A stretch of DNA of 64,000 nucleotides from Gammaproteobacteria bacterium GWE2_42_36 (GTDB lineage Bacteria > Pseudomonadota > Gammaproteobacteria > UBA12402): NCBI GenBank assembly GCA_001801305.1, contig MGXH01000002.1, positions 3,054-67,053 on the forward strand, read 5' to 3'. The notes under the pieces were generated by a model, which was given only the letters and a program-made list of their open reading frames with translations, did no database searches and was not told the DNA's origin. The translations under genes and the position numbers were made by a program. Within the stretch, counting starts at the first letter, position 1. Each line of letters starts with the position of its first letter. Of this stretch, positions 61,029-64,000 are shown in pieces.

Positions 61029-62027
61029 ATGAAAACAAACCGATCTGTTCATGCGGTGATTACCGCGGTAGGCATGTACGTGCCGGAAAAAATTTTAGAT
61101 AACAAGTATTTTGAGTCCATTGTAGAGACCAGCGATGAATGGATCGTTTCGCGTACGGGGATTAGAGAAAGAAGAATGATGGAGCAGGGGGCAACCAGCG
61201 ATATGGCCGCTAAAGCGATTGAAGATTTAATGAGAACATCTTCATTAAAACCGGAAGAAATTGAGGTTATTATCGTTGCGACAGTTACACCGGATATGCC
61301 TTGTCCCGCTACGGCCTGTTTTGTTCAGCATAAAATTGGTGCGACAAAAGCTTGGGGTTTTGATCTTTCGGCGGCTTGTTCTGGTTTTTTATTTGCGCTG
61401 CAAACTGGCGCTAAGTTGATTGAGAGCGGCACGTATAAAAAAGTGATCGTCGTTGGGGCAGATAAAATGAGCGCCGTTACGGATTATACGGATCGGAATA
61501 ATTGTATTCTTTTCGGCGATGCGGCATCTGCTGTGCTTTTAGAACCGACCGAAAACCTTGATGAAGGGATTAAGGATGCGATATTGCACATAGATGGCAG
61601 TGGGGTTAATTCATTGCATATGAAAGCAGGCGGTAGTTTATATCCTGCTTCTCATCAAACGGTCGAGAATAAATGGCATTACGTCTATCAAGATGGAAAA
61701 ACGGTTTTTAAAGCGGCAGTCAAAGGGATGGCTGATGTGGCCTATGAAATCATGCAGAGAAATCATTTAAGCGCTGATGATGTGGCTTATCTTGTGCCGC
61801 ATCAAGCGAACTTAAGGATTATTGATGCGACGGCTGAACGCATGGGTATTTCAAAAGATAAAGTGATTATTAACATTGATCGTTATGGCAATACAACGGC
61901 GGCAACCATCCCTTTATGTTTAACCGAATATGAGCGAGCCGGAAAAATCAAAAAGGGCGATAATCTTATTTTGGCGGCTTTTGGAGCAGGTTATACTTGG
62001 GGCGCCATGTATTTGACATGGCGTTAA
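61029..62027 (+). CDS. fabH: Beta-ketoacyl-ACP synthase III
   Basis: TSDEWI..RTGI, AACSGF, FGD, PHQAN.RII, GNTTAA, FGAG.TWG. Confidence 0.95.
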   Translation: MKTNRSVHAVITAVGMYVPEKILDNKYFESIVETSDEWIVSRTGIRERRMMEQGATSDMAAKAIEDLMRTSSLKPEEIEVIIVATVTPDMPCPATACFVQHKIGATKAWGFDLSAACSGFLFALQTGAKLIESGTYKKVIVVGADKMSAVTDYTDRNNCILFGDAASAVLLEPTENLDEGIKDAILHIDGSGVNSLHMKAGGSLYPASHQTVENKWHYVYQDGKTVFKAAVKGMADVAYEIMQRNHLSADDVAYLVPHQANLRIIDATAERMGISKDKVIINIDRYGNTTAATIPLCLTEYERAGKIKKGDNLILAAFGAGYTWGAMYLTWR

Positions 62028-62051
62028 AATCGGCCTCACTTAATTTAAGGT

Positions 62052-62807
62052 ATGAATATGAACGACACCATTAAAACGATTCATCATCTCAGGACCATTC
62101 ATGGCGATTTTTCTGATAAAAAAATTGATGATAAATACCTGGATATTATTTTGCAGGCTGCAATACGCGCTGCCACTGCGTCGGCACGTCAAAGTTATTC
62201 GATTATCGTTATCAAAGACAAAGAAAAAATCCGCCAACTATCCGAATATGTTGGTGATACGCTATTGGTATTTTGTGTTGATTTCACGCGCCTGATTGAG
62301 TTGGCGAAACACTTGAATCATACGTTTGAGATAAGTGATGCGATTGGATTTGTTACGGGTAGCGCTGATACGATGATGGCAGCACAAACGGCATGTATTG
62401 CTGCAAAAAGTTTAGGGATTGATTCGTTGTTTACTCAACGAGGGCTTCACCGACGTGATATAAAAAAAGTGTTTGAAATGCTTAATTTGCCAGAGCAATA
62501 TTGCTTTCCTTTGATTGCTTTGGTATTAGGTTATCCGCGTGTTGAGCCGAGTTTTCAAAAAGGACGTCTCAGCGAAAAAAGTGTTATTCATTGGGATACG
62601 TATCATCCTTTATCCCCAGAGGAAAAAGCGTCATTGATTACGCAATATGATGACAAAAATCAACACCTGGGGTTAATAGAAAATTGGGAACAGTTTGGTC
62701 TGGCACACTATTTAGATTGGTTTTATACAAAATGGGCTCGGCGACCCGATACAAAGAATTTTGTATTGGCCTTAAAAAGAGCAGGTTTTTTGCCATCGGA
62801 AAAGTGA
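62052..62807 (+). CDS. Nitroreductase family protein (NfsA-like)
   Basis: LRTIH.DF, RAATASARQSYSII, AQT..IAA.SLGI, LNLP..FP...LGYP. Confidence 0.85.
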   Translation: MNMNDTIKTIHHLRTIHGDFSDKKIDDKYLDIILQAAIRAATASARQSYSIIVIKDKEKIRQLSEYVGDTLLVFCVDFTRLIELAKHLNHTFEISDAIGFVTGSADTMMAAQTACIAAKSLGIDSLFTQRGLHRRDIKKVFEMLNLPEQYCFPLIALVLGYPRVEPSFQKGRLSEKSVIHWDTYHPLSPEEKASLITQYDDKNQHLGLIENWEQFGLAHYLDWFYTKWARRPDTKNFVLALKRAGFLPSEK

Positions 62808-63076
62808 TCAAACATAAAAATACTTGCGATAAAAATCCTAACTATTTGATAGCGATTAATTTTTTCTTATTTTTCATGCTATAATCAAAACTAAGATTGA
62901 GGTCAACGGTGATCTTGTTAAGGTGTTTTTTTAGAGATCAGTGTTTCTTTATGGAAGTGCCTGTGTTTTCGTAGTTTAATCACACGGATATCCCCGTAGA
63001 ACGAATATTTAAGTATCCTTCTATAAAACTAGAATCGCACACATCAGCGTGCCTTTCAATAAGAAGAAATAACAAA

Positions 63077-64000
63077 ATGAATCAAAAAAAAATGCTGCAA
63101 ACGATTTTTTCAGAAACAAAACAATCTTTTGTTTTATCCTTGCCGCTGATGGCTTCAAATTTAGTGCGATCAGCTAGCGGTTTTGTCGGTACCCTGATGG
63201 TTGCTCATTTGGGAAAGACAACGTTAGATGGAATGGCGCTTGGGAGTTCCGTGTTTTTTACACTCGTCGTTTTCTTTTTTGGTATATTGAATTCGGTTAG
63301 CGTACTGGTATCACAACATTATGGCGCAGAAAATCACGAGGGCGTGAGAAAAGCCGTGTCACAGGGATTTGTTTTGGCGATCCTGGTGAGTGTGCCGATG
63401 TATTTTATTATTTTTATATCCCCCTTTGTTTTTCGCTTTACTCATGAAAGTCCCGAAATCATTCACTGGGCAACAGTGTATTTACGTACGATATCCATTG
63501 CGATTTTACCTTTTTCATTCTTGATTGTGATGAATCAATTTTTAGTAGGGATGTCAAAAACTCGTGTGGTCTTATTGATCAATTTAGTGCAAGTGCCCTT
63601 TGAGATTTTATTTACCTATGTATTCGTCTATGGTCGCTTTGGTATTCCTAAATTTGGGGTAGCGGGTGTAGGATATGCTTTTGCAATAGTTTTTACGCTT
63701 GCCGCAATTTGTAATGGCGTCTACATTAATAAATCAAGATATCGTTCATTTAACATATTCGCCAATTTTGGAAAGATCAGTTCGGATTATTTGATTGAAT
63801 TAATAAAAATTGGATGGCCTATTGGCTGCTTGAGTGTGATTGAAGTAGCCTTATTTGCTACCGTTACATTTTTTATGGGGGAGCTTGGCTCTGACCCATT
63901 AGCGGCTTACCAAATTCTCAGCCAATATATTGGGCCGAGTATTATGATCATTTTTGCCTTGTCTCAGGTGGCTACTATTCGCGTCGGTCAAGCCGTTGGC
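63077..64000 (+). CDS. MATE family efflux transporter, partial (3' end runs off the window)
   Basis: Not in the ORF track. Manual translation gives MNQKKMLQTIFSETKQSFVLSLPLMAS..GFVGTLMVAHLG..VSQHYGA..YGRFGIPKFGVAGVG..KIGWPIG..IRVGQAVG. Confidence 0.9.
   Translation, partial: MNQKKMLQTIFSETKQSFVLSLPLMASNLVRSASGFVGTLMVAHLGKTTLDGMALGSSVFFTLVVFFFGILNSVSVLVSQHYGAENHEGVRKAVSQGFVLAILVSVPMYFIIFISPFVFRFTHESPEIIHWATVYLRTISIAILPFSFLIVMNQFLVGMSKTRVVLLINLVQVPFEILFTYVFVYGRFGIPKFGVAGVGYAFAIVFTLAAICNGVYINKSRYRSFNIFANFGKISSDYLIELIKIGWPIGCLSVIEVALFATVTFFMGELGSDPLAAYQILSQYIGPSIMIIFALSQVATIRVGQAVG

Noticed and set aside
62855..62885. Possible third PmrA box (ATTAATTTTTTCTTATTTTT) before TATAAT
   Set aside because: It has two mismatches in a T-rich tract and a 5-nt rather than 7-nt spacing to the -10, so it is likely chance.

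Overview
This is an AT-rich bacterial chromosome segment, most likely from a Legionellales/Coxiellaceae-like gammaproteobacterium. That placement is inferred from gene order (rpsP-rimM-trmD-rplS-ogt; alaS-csrA; tRNA-Leu-tig-clpP-clpX-lon-hupB-tRNA-Val-tRNA-Asp-ppiD), a PmrA-type box before csrA, and orphan ORFs that resemble effectors. Several accessory modules sit among the housekeeping genes. (1) A four-gene alpha-glucan/glycogen operon encodes a GH133 debranching enzyme, a GT4, a GH57 and a 1405-aa fusion of GT3 glycogen synthase with GT35 phosphorylase; glgC, glgA and glgB are not in it. (2) A beta-PGM + GH65 maltose phosphorylase pair is split by a Ser/Thr/Pro-rich orphan ORF. (3) An arn-like operon lacks both the formyltransferase and the deformylase. 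(4) An L,D-transpeptidase, an M23 peptidase and a beta-barrel OMP are adjacent. (5) potABCD, a TetR-DMT-EmrAB efflux block, a stand-alone FabH, a nitroreductase and a partial MATE gene are also present. Non-coding signals include two PmrA-like boxes with identical spacing to a -10 element, several palindromic repeat families, and a 17-bp perfect inverted repeat that may be an operator. One 127-bp palindromic element appears to have a degenerate in-frame copy inside the debranching enzyme. I saw no CRISPR array, transposase, integrase or rRNA. All calls come from reading motifs by eye; no searches were run.
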